Assembly (NCBI GenBank): GCA_963696385.1
Contig: CAVOKF010000008.1
Span: forward strand, 128,001 to 192,000
Direction of reading: 5' to 3'
Source: an uncultured delta proteobacterium
GTDB taxonomy: Bacteria > Myxococcota_A > Polyangia > Polyangiales > Polyangiaceae
DNA length: 64,000 bases
Below are positions 47,552 through 56,858 of this stretch, piece after piece (position 1 is the first letter of the stretch; the number at the start of each line of letters is the position of its first letter). The translations under genes and the position numbers were made by a program. The notes beneath the pieces were generated by a model. The model was not told the origin of the DNA and ran no database searches. It was given only the letters and a program-made list of their open reading frames with translations.

Positions 47552-47988
47552 AGACGCTACGCACGCGCGAGGGCGTGCCCTTTCGTTACTTCGGTACTCG
47601 GTTTGACGTATCGGCCATGGTCCTCGGGCGGTGACAGGGAACCTGGCCTGCGAGCCTCGCGGTGAAGACCGTCGCAAGCGACGGGTCGGCCCGCGGTGCG
47701 AGGTTCGGTCACGGCGCGTTTTTGCAGCAACGACGCCGAGAGCGCGCGAACTCTCTGTAGTAGTCCGTAGCATCGCTCATACCCATCCGCAAACCGTTTT
47801 GCATTCGCACGAGTCCGATCGGGCCCGCGCAAGGCCCCCGGTCGCTCGTGTCCGGGCCTTCCCGCTCGTCGCCATGGCAAGCGCGAAGCGTTTCGGTCTC
47901 GAGGCCTGAACCTCACGACCCCAGGCAGCGATCGCCCCCGCATGCTTGAGCGGCTGCCGCTTCGGCGATACGGATGCGGGCGAGCCCG

Positions 47989-48825
47989 ATGCGTTTCGCC
48001 CGACTCCCCGAACGAGCGCGGCCGTCCCCGGCGGCCGACCCCGCACGACGCCGCGCCCTCGGCGCCGTAGCGGCGGCGTGGCTCGTCGCTTGCTCGGTGC
48101 CCGTGGCGGGCGATTTGGACGATCCCGAAGCGAACCGCGTCTTCGTCGCACTCGACCGCGAAGGTCTCGCGCCCACCAAGGAAAGCGACCCCAACTTCGA
48201 TGGCAAATGGCGGATTGAAGTGCCGCCGGACGACGCCGCGCGGGCGTTCTCCGTCATGCGCGACGAGCAGCTTCCTCGCCGCAATCCCCCCGGTGTGCTC
48301 GATGCGGTGGGCAAAGGGTCGCTCGTGCCGAGCGAGGCCCTCGAGCAAGCCCAGCTGATGACGGGTATCGCCGGCGACCTCGAGCGGACGCTCGAAGCCA
48401 TCGACGGGGTGGTCTCCGCGCACGTTCACTTGAGCCTTTCGCACCCGGGCGGATGGCGAGATCCGGAACCGTCGCGCGCAACGGCCAGTGCGCTCGTCGA
48501 GTATCGAGGCACGACGCCGCCTTTCAGTGAGGACGCCGTCCAGCGCCTCGTCGCCGGCGGCGCGGGGGGGCTGCTTCCGACCGATGTCTTGGTCGTGATG
48601 GTCGCGCGGCCTGCGCCGGCGGCGTATGCCCCCTCCGGCGAGGTCGTGCACGTCGGACCCATCGCCGTGACTCGCGCTTCGAAGAGGCGGTTGCAAGCCA
48701 CGTTCGCGGGCCTCTTGGGCCTCATCGCGATATTGGCCACGACGACCTTCGTCTTGTACGCACGGCAGTCGCGCGCTCGCGCGGCGCGGCCGCGCGAAGC
48801 CCCCCTCATCCCCCCCTCGACGTGA
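47989..48825 (+). CDS. sctJ: SctJ/YscJ-family type III secretion inner-membrane ring lipoprotein (orphan)
   Basis: Lipobox LVAC, EANRVFVAL, LPR, SLVPS..EQAQL..GDLERTLEAIDGVVSAHVHL, ASALVEY, VQRLVAG; C-terminal TM plus basic tail. Confidence 0.85.
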   Translation: MRFARLPERARPSPAADPARRRALGAVAAAWLVACSVPVAGDLDDPEANRVFVALDREGLAPTKESDPNFDGKWRIEVPPDDAARAFSVMRDEQLPRRNPPGVLDAVGKGSLVPSEALEQAQLMTGIAGDLERTLEAIDGVVSAHVHLSLSHPGGWRDPEPSRATASALVEYRGTTPPFSEDAVQRLVAGGAGGLLPTDVLVVMVARPAPAAYAPSGEVVHVGPIAVTRASKRRLQATFAGLLGLIAILATTTFVLYARQSRARAARPREAPLIPPST

Positions 48826-48835
48826 GACCCTCCAC

Positions 48836-49846
48836 GTGAGATCCTTATCGGCTCTCATCGCCGCGATCGCGATGGGTCTGTCGTGCTCGAAGCCGTCGGC
48901 TGCGCCGGACGCCGGCGCTCCTCCGGCTCTCGACCGGCAGAGGGCCACCGAAGAGGCCCAGAGCGGACCCATCGCCGCGATGGACGCGTCTCAGGCCGAC
49001 GGGCCCTCGGCCACGGTGTCGGTTCTCGACGACGGTCGCAAGCCCAGGCGCCGACTCCGGTACGCATGGCGGATTGACCAGCACGAAGAGCTCACGATGA
49101 ATCTGCAGACGGTCGCCTCGACGGAAAGTCCCGATGCCGACACGACCGGAGTCGCTCTGCCGCCGGTACGAATCGTGCTCGCCATCGACCCGTCCGGTGT
49201 CTCGCCGGAGGGCGACATGCACTTCGCCTGGCGGGTCGCGTCGAGCCGCGTGAAGGCCGACCCGGGCATTCCGAGCCAGCTCGCCGACGGAATGCGGACC
49301 GAAGTCGCCGCCATCGAACACCTTGCCGGGACCGGAGTGGTCTCGTCACGCGGGATCGCGCAGTCGATCGTCATCGATCCGAAGTCGGTGTCGCTGGGCG
49401 AATCGTCGGGGCAGATGGTCGAACAGGTCCGTCAGACGTTGCGAGCCGTGGCGGTCCCATTTCCGGAAGAGGAGGTCGGGCTGGGTGCGCGCTGGCAGAA
49501 ACTCTCGGAGCTCTCTTCGAAGGACGCCCTCATCACGCAGAGCGACACCTTCACGCTGCGATCGCTCGGCGCAACCCACGGATCCGTCGACGATATCCTG
49601 GCGCAGACCGCGCCCCCGCAAGCGCTCAGGACGCCCGGTACGCCGGAAGAAGGCCAGGCCCGGATGGAGTCCATGCTCGCGTCCGGCACGGCCCGGATGA
49701 GCTTCGATCTCGAACGACTGGTCGCTCAAGCGAAGATCGAGAGCACCACCACGATGGTCGTGTCGCGGCCTTCTCGAGGCGACGGATCTCGACGGATGAC
49801 GATGATTCTACGGGTCGAAGTCAGCTTGACCGGGTCGGCGCATTGA
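48836..49846 (+). CDS. Hypothetical lipoprotein
   Basis: Lipobox GLSC; beta-rich body with PFPEEEVGLGARW. Confidence 0.7.
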   Translation: MRSLSALIAAIAMGLSCSKPSAAPDAGAPPALDRQRATEEAQSGPIAAMDASQADGPSATVSVLDDGRKPRRRLRYAWRIDQHEELTMNLQTVASTESPDADTTGVALPPVRIVLAIDPSGVSPEGDMHFAWRVASSRVKADPGIPSQLADGMRTEVAAIEHLAGTGVVSSRGIAQSIVIDPKSVSLGESSGQMVEQVRQTLRAVAVPFPEEEVGLGARWQKLSELSSKDALITQSDTFTLRSLGATHGSVDDILAQTAPPQALRTPGTPEEGQARMESMLASGTARMSFDLERLVAQAKIESTTTMVVSRPSRGDGSRRMTMILRVEVSLTGSAH

Positions 49847-50181
49847 CGTCGGGCAACCTCGAGTTCGTCCAGATCCTCGCTTCGTGGGCGGCGACCGCTC
49901 CGGTCCTCGTGGCCGTGGTGCGCCTCGACGAACGCCGCCTGAGCCCTTCCGCGCTCGCGCGCGCGTGGCCGACGGTGTCCCGGGATGCCGCCATCTTTGC
50001 CCTCTGGATGTTCGGGTTCCACCCCGCGTTCGTACTGGCTTTCTTTCTGACGTACTTCATGCGTACGCGCGCCAAGTTGCGCGGCGCCCTGCTGGGTACG
50101 GCGTGGACGTTGGCCGTCGTCGCGATCGACGTCGGGGCTCAATGGACGGCCGCAACGGCGGTCGAATGGCTCGGGGTGTAA
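49843..50181 (+). CDS. Small membrane protein
   Basis: Three hydrophobic segments, DERRL..RAWP; start overlaps the upstream stop. Confidence 0.65.
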   Translation: MTSGNLEFVQILASWAATAPVLVAVVRLDERRLSPSALARAWPTVSRDAAIFALWMFGFHPAFVLAFFLTYFMRTRAKLRGALLGTAWTLAVVAIDVGAQWTAATAVEWLGV

Positions 50182-50235
50182 GGGCGGACGGCTCTTCTGG
50201 CGCGCGCCCCGCAAGCGGTGATATTCAGCCGCGGC

Positions 50236-50982
50236 ATGAAGGCATCGGTCGTCATCGTCCTTGCAACGCTGTCGTGGGTCGATTGTTCGAAGTCCGCCGC
50301 GGAACCGGGGGCGACGGGCGAATCGCCTGCGGCCTCGAACTCTCCGCCCGCGGCCCCCTCAGCGAGCGCCTTCTCGGCGAAATCCGCCGCCGCGCCGCCT
50401 TCGGGACCCCTTGCCTTGCAGCTGCATCCGGCCCTCTCGGACCCGTCGAAGGCGAACGAGAAGGCCCCGAACCTATTCAAGGCGAAGTTCGAGACCAGCA
50501 AAGGCAATTTCGTGGTGGAAGTCCACCGCGACTGGGCGCCGAACGGCGCCGATCGCTTCTACAACCTCGTCAAGCTCGGCTTCTACGACGACACCCGGTT
50601 CTTCCGCGCAATCGAAGGGTTCATGGTCCAGTTTGGAATCAGCGGCGACCCGGCCGTGAGCGCCAAGTGGCAGGAGCAGAACGTGAGCGACGACCCGGTC
50701 ACGCAGTCGAACAAGCGAGGATTCGTGACGTTCGCCCAACGCAACACACCCAACACGCGAAGCACGCAAGTGTTCGTCAATTTCGGTGACAACTCCCGAC
50801 TCGACGCGTCGCGATTCGCACCGTTCGCACAAGTCGTCCAGGGCATGGAGGTCGTCGACTCCCTTTACAAGGGTTACGGGGAAGCTCCGAATCAAGCGCG
50901 CATTCAGGCCCAGGGAAATGCGTATCTCGATGCCCAATTTCCTCGACTGGATTCGATTCGCCACGCGGAGATCGTCCGCTAA
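50236..50982 (+). CDS. Cyclophilin-type peptidyl-prolyl cis-trans isomerase, exported
   Basis: WAPNGADRFYNLV, FFRAIEGFMVQFG, RSTQVFVN, FAPFAQVVQGM; signal peptide. Confidence 0.93.
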   Translation: MKASVVIVLATLSWVDCSKSAAEPGATGESPAASNSPPAAPSASAFSAKSAAAPPSGPLALQLHPALSDPSKANEKAPNLFKAKFETSKGNFVVEVHRDWAPNGADRFYNLVKLGFYDDTRFFRAIEGFMVQFGISGDPAVSAKWQEQNVSDDPVTQSNKRGFVTFAQRNTPNTRSTQVFVNFGDNSRLDASRFAPFAQVVQGMEVVDSLYKGYGEAPNQARIQAQGNAYLDAQFPRLDSIRHAEIVR

Positions 50983-51176
50983 GTACACCCCCAGAACAGA
51001 GGGATCCGATGGGCGGTGTACTTCAATCGCCGGGAGGCGATTGGGGGTTTGGGGCGAAGCCCCAAGGAAACCATCTTAGTACAGCGCCGGCCTGCAACGC
51101 AGGCGTACCCAGAGCAGCTGGGTACCGCTTGGCGGGGCGCTGTACTACGTACACCCCCAGAACAGAGGGATCCGCC
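50983..51176. repeat. REP/BIME-like mosaic (A-B-A') between convergent genes
   Basis: GTACACCCCCAGAACAGAGGGATCCG at 50983 and 51149; inverted termini AGTACAGCGCC/GGCGCTGTACT at 51078-51146; hairpins ATCGCC-GGGA-GGCGAT and TTGGGGC-GAA-GCCCCAA. Confidence 0.85.
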
Positions 51177-51196
51177 TCACCGGAACAAGTTAGGGA

Positions 51197-51899
51197 TCAC
51201 TCCGCGGCGGCGTCGGACGAGGACATCCCCGTCGCATCGGCCGGCGAATCGGCCGAGCCATCTTGCGACGGACCCGACGACGCGTCGGGCGCCGGACCGG
51301 ACGACGCGTCCGGTGGCGGGCCGGACGACGCATCGGCGGGCGGGCCGCCCGATGCATCGGGTGGCGAATCGGCTGAGCCATCTTGCGACGGACCCGACGA
51401 CGCGTCGGGCGCCGGACCGGACGACGCGTCCGGTGGCGGGCCGGATGACGCATCGGCGGGCGGCAGCCCCACCGCTCGATCGGCGGGTGACGCATCGCTG
51501 GGCGGATTTTGCCCATGCGCTGCCGCATCCGACTCCGACGCATCCCCGATCCCCGACGGTCCAGCGTCGGGCGCGATCGAACTCGACGACGAGGCGCCAT
51601 CGGAAACCGTGGAGCTGGGCATCGACCCATCGCCGGCCGGGGCCGCATCGGTGCCGGAAGCGGCGGGGACCGTCCCATCGGCGGAATCCGACTGCCTCGA
51701 CGTGCTGAATCGCGCCGAGATCGGACGAGTTCGCGCACGAACCGGAGTCGGGATCGCAGAAGAGCCCTTCTTGGCAATCGGTGACCAGCTCGCAGGCACC
51801 CCCAGTGCCTGCCAGCGGCTCGGCCGAGCTGCAGCCGAACAGACAGGCCAAAAGGACCGATGCGGCCCGAGCCAGCGCGCGTCCCCAACGGCGTCCCAC
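51197..51899 (-). CDS. Cys-rich lipoprotein with a D/A/S/G/P low-complexity repeat tail; frameshift near 51690
   Basis: Lipobox LFGC and GGACELVTDCQEGLFCDPDSGSC in one frame; PDASSG repeats in the adjacent frame. Confidence 0.65.
51243..51463. repeat. 120-bp-period direct duplication built from 24-bp units (coding)
   Basis: 51243-51343 is nearly identical to 51363-51463. Confidence 0.9.
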
Positions 51900-51955
51900 C
51901 TCTTCACCTTACCGTCGAAAAGGGTCGATTCGCGAGCCCGCGGAAAAAGGATCCC

Positions 51956-52171
51956 TCAGGCCAGGGCGACGAGCGGATCGCCCTCGCTCACGGACTGACC
52001 TTCAACCACGTACACCTTTTCGACCTTGCCGGCGCGAGGTGCCTCAACCGGCATTTCCATTTTCATCGACTCGAGGATGACGCAAACCTGCCCCTCATCG
52101 ACTTCATCCCCCACGCCGACCTCGATCTTCCATACCGTTCCGGTGATGTGCGCACTCACGATCGCCAGCAT
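51956..52171 (-). CDS. Stand-alone biotin/lipoyl carrier protein
   Basis: GTVWKI, ILESMKMEMPV, 71 aa. Confidence 0.9.
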   Translation of the reverse strand: MLAIVSAHITGTVWKIEVGVGDEVDEGQVCVILESMKMEMPVEAPRAGKVEKVYVVEGQSVSEGDPLVALA

Positions 52172-52310
52172 GATTTATTAATGTTAGCGTAACTGTCCGC
52201 GCCTCGCGGCCACGTTTGCGAACAACGTCACAAATCAGTAGATTAATCGGTACGTACGCGGCTCGGCCCGCGTGCAGCGGCCATCGTCGCCGCGCAGAGG
52301 AAAAGGCAAC

Positions 52311-53072
52311 ATGGCGGAACGGCAAGAAACCTCGGTGATGGTCTCCATCCAAGAGATTTTGCGCGACGCGCAGCACCGCGAGGAGCAAGAGAAGATCGAG
52401 ACGCAGCAGCGGGCGCGCGAAGACGAACAGAGGCGTCTCGAAGAGCTCCGCCGAAAGCAAGAGGCCGAGCAAGAGCGTCTGAGGGCGGAAGAATCCGACC
52501 GCCAGCGGCGCGCATTCGAGGAACAGAAGCGCCAGGCGGAGATCCAAGCGCTTCAGGAAGCTGCCATCCAGCGCGCGAAAATGGAGGCCGAGGCCCAAGC
52601 GCGTCTAGCGGAGATGGCTTCGAGGCAAGAGCACGAACGCCAACTGCACGCGCTGACGCACGACAAGTCGAAAAGGCGTCTGCAATTGTTTCTCGCCGGA
52701 CTCGGTGTGCTCGTGTTCGCGCTGGCCATCGGCGGCGGCTACGTGATCAAACAGTCGAACGACAAGGCCAACGCCGCGGAGGCGCATGCCCGCGCGCTCG
52801 AGGCCGAAAAGCAGGACGTCGAGGCCCAACAGCGCCGGCTTCAGTTCGAGCTCGAGAGCACCAAAGATCCCGAAAAAATCGCCGAGCTCCAGGCCAAGCT
52901 GACCGAGCAGACCCAAAAGCTCGAGACCATCTCCACCCAGATCACGCAAACGAAAAAGCCCGGCCCTGCCGTCGGCGGCGGTGGCGGTGGCGGTGGAGCA
53001 AACAAGGCGACGAGCGGCAACAAGCCGCCGTGCAACTGCACCCCCGGCGATCCTCTCTGCTCGTGTCTCTGA
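52311..53072 (+). CDS. Coiled-coil single-pass membrane protein with C-terminal CxC-x6-CxC motif
   Basis: Long E/R/Q/A coiled coil, one TM, a second coil, a Gly run, ending CNCTPGDPLCSCL. Confidence 0.8.
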   Translation: MAERQETSVMVSIQEILRDAQHREEQEKIETQQRAREDEQRRLEELRRKQEAEQERLRAEESDRQRRAFEEQKRQAEIQALQEAAIQRAKMEAEAQARLAEMASRQEHERQLHALTHDKSKRRLQLFLAGLGVLVFALAIGGGYVIKQSNDKANAAEAHARALEAEKQDVEAQQRRLQFELESTKDPEKIAELQAKLTEQTQKLETISTQITQTKKPGPAVGGGGGGGGANKATSGNKPPCNCTPGDPLCSCL

Positions 53073-53098
53073 GATCCGGTTAGAGCGGCGTGCTGCCG

Positions 53099-53836
53099 AT
53101 GAACGGGCAAGCCCCCGTCGATTCAAGGATCATCGTCGCGCTGGACGTACCGAGTCTCGACGACGCGCGGGCCCTCGGTCGCTCGGTGGCGCACGCCGTC
53201 GGGATGTTCAAGGTCGGGCTCGAGTTGTTCGTCCACGCGGGCCCGACTTCGCTGGAAGTCGGCGTGGAGTGCGGTCGCCCGACATTTCTTGACCTCAAAC
53301 TGCACGACATCCCCGAGACGGTCGAACGCGCGGTGGGGCGCGCCTCGGCAATCGGCGCGCGATTCTTGACCGTTCACGCGGCGGGAGGCACGGCCATGCT
53401 GCGTAACGCCGTCGAACGCGCCCGCAAGGAAGGAGCCGGTCTCGAGATCCTCGCCGTGACGGTGCTCACGTCCTTGGACCGGCGCGACCTCGCCTCGCTC
53501 GGTGTGTCCGAAAGCGTCGCGACGCACGTCGAGCGGCTCGCTCGAAACGCATGGGACGCGGGGGTCCGATCGTTCGTGTGCTCGCCTCACGAGGCCGCGC
53601 GACTGCGCGACGTTCTCGGACCCGATGCGACGCTCGTGACACCCGGCGTGCGCGCCTCGGCCGACGCGGGAAAGGACGATCAAAAAAGGACGATGACCGC
53701 CGCCGACGCGGTGGCCGCGGGTGCCGACTGGGTCGTGGTCGGCCGGCCCATTCGCGACGCGCCCGACCCGGCGGCCGCGGCGCAGGCGCTTTCAAAGGAA
53801 GTGAGCGAGGCGCGGGCTGCGCGAGACGGCGGTTGA
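53099..53836 (+). CDS. pyrF: Orotidine-5'-phosphate decarboxylase
   Basis: IVALD, FKVGLELF, FLDLKLHDIPETV, VTPGVR, DDQKR, VVGRPI. Confidence 0.96.
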   Translation: MNGQAPVDSRIIVALDVPSLDDARALGRSVAHAVGMFKVGLELFVHAGPTSLEVGVECGRPTFLDLKLHDIPETVERAVGRASAIGARFLTVHAAGGTAMLRNAVERARKEGAGLEILAVTVLTSLDRRDLASLGVSESVATHVERLARNAWDAGVRSFVCSPHEAARLRDVLGPDATLVTPGVRASADAGKDDQKRTMTAADAVAAGADWVVVGRPIRDAPDPAAAAQALSKEVSEARAARDGG

Positions 53837-54576
53837 ACCGGTCGGCCGCGACGCGCATGATCTGCGGCTTGCAACCCGTGCGCGAGGCGATCCGCGCGCA
53901 GGGCGAGCGACTCGAGCGTGTCTTGGTCGAATCCGAGCCGCGCGACGGACCCCAGCTCGAAGCGTTGGCGCGCTTCGCTCGCGATCACGGCGCGCCCGTC
54001 GAACGTCTTTCGCGCGCGGAACTCGACCGGTTGGCACGAGGGGTTCGACACCAAGGCACGATCGCTTTCGCGCCGGAGCTCTCGATTGCCCGCCTCGACG
54101 ATCTCGCTGTCGGTCCCGAGACACTCATCGTGGCACTCGACGAAGTCGTCGACCCCCAGAATTTCGGCGCCGTGGTCCGATCGGCGGTCGCGATGGACGC
54201 GACGGCCGTTCTGTGGCCCGAGCATCGATCGGCGCCGCTTTCGCCCGCGGCGTTTCGCGCCTCGGCGGGGGCCGTCGAGTATGCCACGCTCTGCCGCGTC
54301 AGCTCCCTGCCGCCCGCGCTCGAAGCTCTGCGCGCCCGCGGCGTCACCGTCGTAGGTCTCGACATGGCGGGCGATGCGCTCATCGACCGGGTCGATCTCG
54401 TTCGACCGGTCGCGCTCGTGGTCGGGGCCGAGGGCAAAGGGTTGCGAAAGACGGTGCGGCGCACGTGCGATACGCTGACTCGCCTCCCCATGGGTCGCTC
54501 GATCGCTTCGCTCAATGCCTCGGTCGCCGTGGCGATCGCGATCTACGAGGCGGTCCGGCAGCGAGCCCGTCGTTGA
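53833..54576 (+). CDS. TrmH-family RNA 2'-O-methyltransferase (RlmB-like)
   Basis: HQG, DPQNFGAVVRSA, GAEGKGLR, SLNASVA. Confidence 0.9.
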   Translation: MNRSAATRMICGLQPVREAIRAQGERLERVLVESEPRDGPQLEALARFARDHGAPVERLSRAELDRLARGVRHQGTIAFAPELSIARLDDLAVGPETLIVALDEVVDPQNFGAVVRSAVAMDATAVLWPEHRSAPLSPAAFRASAGAVEYATLCRVSSLPPALEALRARGVTVVGLDMAGDALIDRVDLVRPVALVVGAEGKGLRKTVRRTCDTLTRLPMGRSIASLNASVAVAIAIYEAVRQRARR

Positions 54577-55781
54577 CCGACCCAGTCGCCGGCAGCCCGG
54601 TTCGTATCGGGCGCGTGTATCTGTTTGCGCTGCTCGGGTGGACGTTCGACTTCTACGATCTGGTCCTGCTCGGCTTCATCAAAGACCCGGTCGCGCGAGA
54701 TCTGCACCTGTCACGACTCGAGGAAGCTTGGCTGCTCGGAGTGGCGCTCGGAGCCTCCGGCATCGGTGGAATCCTCGCCGGGGCGCTGGCCGACCGCATC
54801 GGCAAGCGAACGATGCTCGCGTGGACGGTGATGATCTCTTCGATCGGATCCTTACTCTGCGGGGTCGCCGGGGGCGCGCGCGCGTTCGTCGTCGGCCGAG
54901 CGGTCGTCGGGCTGGGCGTCGGGGGAGAGTGGGCCATCGGACACGGCATGCTCGCCGAAGCCGCCCGGCCCGCCCGGCGCGGTCGTTGGGCTGCGGCGCT
55001 GCAGGCGGGCGAACCGATCGGGGTGGCGCTGGCTACGCTCGTCGGGTACGTCGTCCTGCCGCGAGTCGGATGGCGGGCCGTGCTGGTGGGATCGAGCGCG
55101 ACGGCCTTGATCGCACTGGCTGTGCGGCGATCCGTTTACCTGCCGGACGTGCCCGCGCCGCGCGCCAACGCGCTGCATCGGCTGATCCAGGCCCACATCG
55201 GCCGCCGCTTCGTCGCCGCATGGGTCTTGGGCGTCTGCAAACTCGGGACGTACTGGACCTGTTACACCTGGCTGCCGAGCTTTCTGCGCGACATGCACCA
55301 GGCCGTGTCGCGCTCGCTCGCCTGGATGTTGACCGCGCAGGTCGGCCAGCTCATCGGGATGCTCACGTTTGGTCTGATTTCGGACCGCCTCGGCCGGCGC
55401 CCCGCGTTCGCGATGTACTCGCTCGTTACGGCGAGCGCCCTGGCTCCCCTCGCCTTCGCGTGGCAGACGCTCTCGGCCCATCCCTTTCTCTTCTGGGCGA
55501 CGATGCTCGTGCTTGGCGTCGGGTCCGGCTGCACCGCCGGCTTCGGCGCACTCCTCGCCGAGCTCTTTCCATCCGAAGTCCGAGGCGTCGCCATGGGAGC
55601 GACGTACAACCTCGCGCGCACCGCGCAGCTCATCGCCCCGGTCGTCGTTCAAGCGGCCGTCGCACGCGCGGGCCTTGCCGGAGGCCTGAGTGTTCCTCTG
55701 CTTCTGGCGATCGCCACGGCGGCCTGGGTGTGGGTGCTGCCCGAGACCCGCGGCATCGCGCTGCCCACCCTGCGCCGCTGA
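54573..55781 (+). CDS. MFS transporter
   Basis: GWTFDFYD, LADRIGKR, GVGGEW, SDRLGRR, AELFPSEVRG, LPETRG. Confidence 0.92.
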   Translation: MTDPVAGSPVRIGRVYLFALLGWTFDFYDLVLLGFIKDPVARDLHLSRLEEAWLLGVALGASGIGGILAGALADRIGKRTMLAWTVMISSIGSLLCGVAGGARAFVVGRAVVGLGVGGEWAIGHGMLAEAARPARRGRWAAALQAGEPIGVALATLVGYVVLPRVGWRAVLVGSSATALIALAVRRSVYLPDVPAPRANALHRLIQAHIGRRFVAAWVLGVCKLGTYWTCYTWLPSFLRDMHQAVSRSLAWMLTAQVGQLIGMLTFGLISDRLGRRPAFAMYSLVTASALAPLAFAWQTLSAHPFLFWATMLVLGVGSGCTAGFGALLAELFPSEVRGVAMGATYNLARTAQLIAPVVVQAAVARAGLAGGLSVPLLLAIATAAWVWVLPETRGIALPTLRR

Positions 55782-55868
55782 CCTTAGCCGGTTGGCGTGT
55801 CCTGCCCGGATGGCGTAGTGGTCGAAGCATCTGGGATGCGAGGACCGCCCGTGAGACCCGTTGACCCC

Positions 55869-56795
55869 ATGTCGAGAACGGCGGACATCGCCGAGCAACT
55901 CGCCGGCGTCGGCTACTTGGCATCCGAGGACCTCGCTGTCGTCTGCTGGCTGGCGGTGGCGCTCGAGCGTCCCCTGCTGGTCGAGGGGCCCGCGGGCGTC
56001 GGCAAGACCGACCTCGGACGGGCGCTGGCGCAGGCACTCGGGCGACGGCTCGTGCGGCTGCAGTGCTACGAGGGACTCGACGAGTCCAAGGCGCTCTACG
56101 AGTGGGACTACGCAAAGCAGATGCTGTACTCCCAGCTGTTGCGCGACGTCGTATCCACCGAGGCGGAGGGGGCGGGGTCGTTGGCCGAAGCGGCCAATCG
56201 CATCGCCGGCGCGGACGCAGCCTTCTTCAGCCGCCGCTTCCTGGTCGAGCGCCCCGTCTTGCGTGCTCTGACGAGCGAGTCGCCGACGGTCCTGCTCGTG
56301 GACGAGGTCGACCGGGCCGATCCGGAGTTCGAAGCCTTGCTCCTGGAGGTCCTGGCCGAAGGACAGGTGACCATCCCCGAGATCGGAACGATTCGAGCGA
56401 AGCACCCACCGCTGTTTCTGCTGACGAGCAACGGCACTCGAGACATGAGCGACGCGCTGCGCCGCCGCTGCCTGCACGCTACCCTCGACTACCCCTCGCC
56501 GTCGCGCGAGCAAGCGATTCTCGAGCTGCACGTTCCCGGACTCGGCCAGACTCTGGCCGAGCAACTGACCGGCTTCGCGGAAAAGCTTCGCCGAATGGAC
56601 CTGCGCAAAGCGCCGTCGATCGCAGAGACCATCGATTGGGGGCGCGCGATCGTCCTGCTCGGGGCGAGCGCCCTCGACCCCGAACTCGTCCGGTCGACTT
56701 TGGGAGTACTGATCAAGCACGCCGAGGACCATGCGAAAGTCCTTACGAACATCGACACCCTGACGACCTCGCGCGCTCGGCCGAAGGCCCCCTGA
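55869..56795 (+). CDS. MoxR-family AAA+ ATPase (CoxD-like)
   Basis: EGPAGVGKT, RLQCYEGLD, LYEWDY, LLVDEVDRAD, SDALRRRC, PSIAETIDW. Confidence 0.92.
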   Translation: MSRTADIAEQLAGVGYLASEDLAVVCWLAVALERPLLVEGPAGVGKTDLGRALAQALGRRLVRLQCYEGLDESKALYEWDYAKQMLYSQLLRDVVSTEAEGAGSLAEAANRIAGADAAFFSRRFLVERPVLRALTSESPTVLLVDEVDRADPEFEALLLEVLAEGQVTIPEIGTIRAKHPPLFLLTSNGTRDMSDALRRRCLHATLDYPSPSREQAILELHVPGLGQTLAEQLTGFAEKLRRMDLRKAPSIAETIDWGRAIVLLGASALDPELVRSTLGVLIKHAEDHAKVLTNIDTLTTSRARPKAP

Positions 56796-56845
56796 GGACA
56801 CCGCCCCAGAACAAATGGATCGGCCGGGCGATGGACTTCGAGCGG
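56796..56845. repeat. Partial copy of REP-like module A
   Basis: GGACACCGCCCCAGAACAAATGGATCGGCCGGGCGATGGACTTC resembles the 15100 and 50983 copies; lies between convergent genes. Confidence 0.7.
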
Positions 56846-56858
56846 GGGGGCCGATCCC

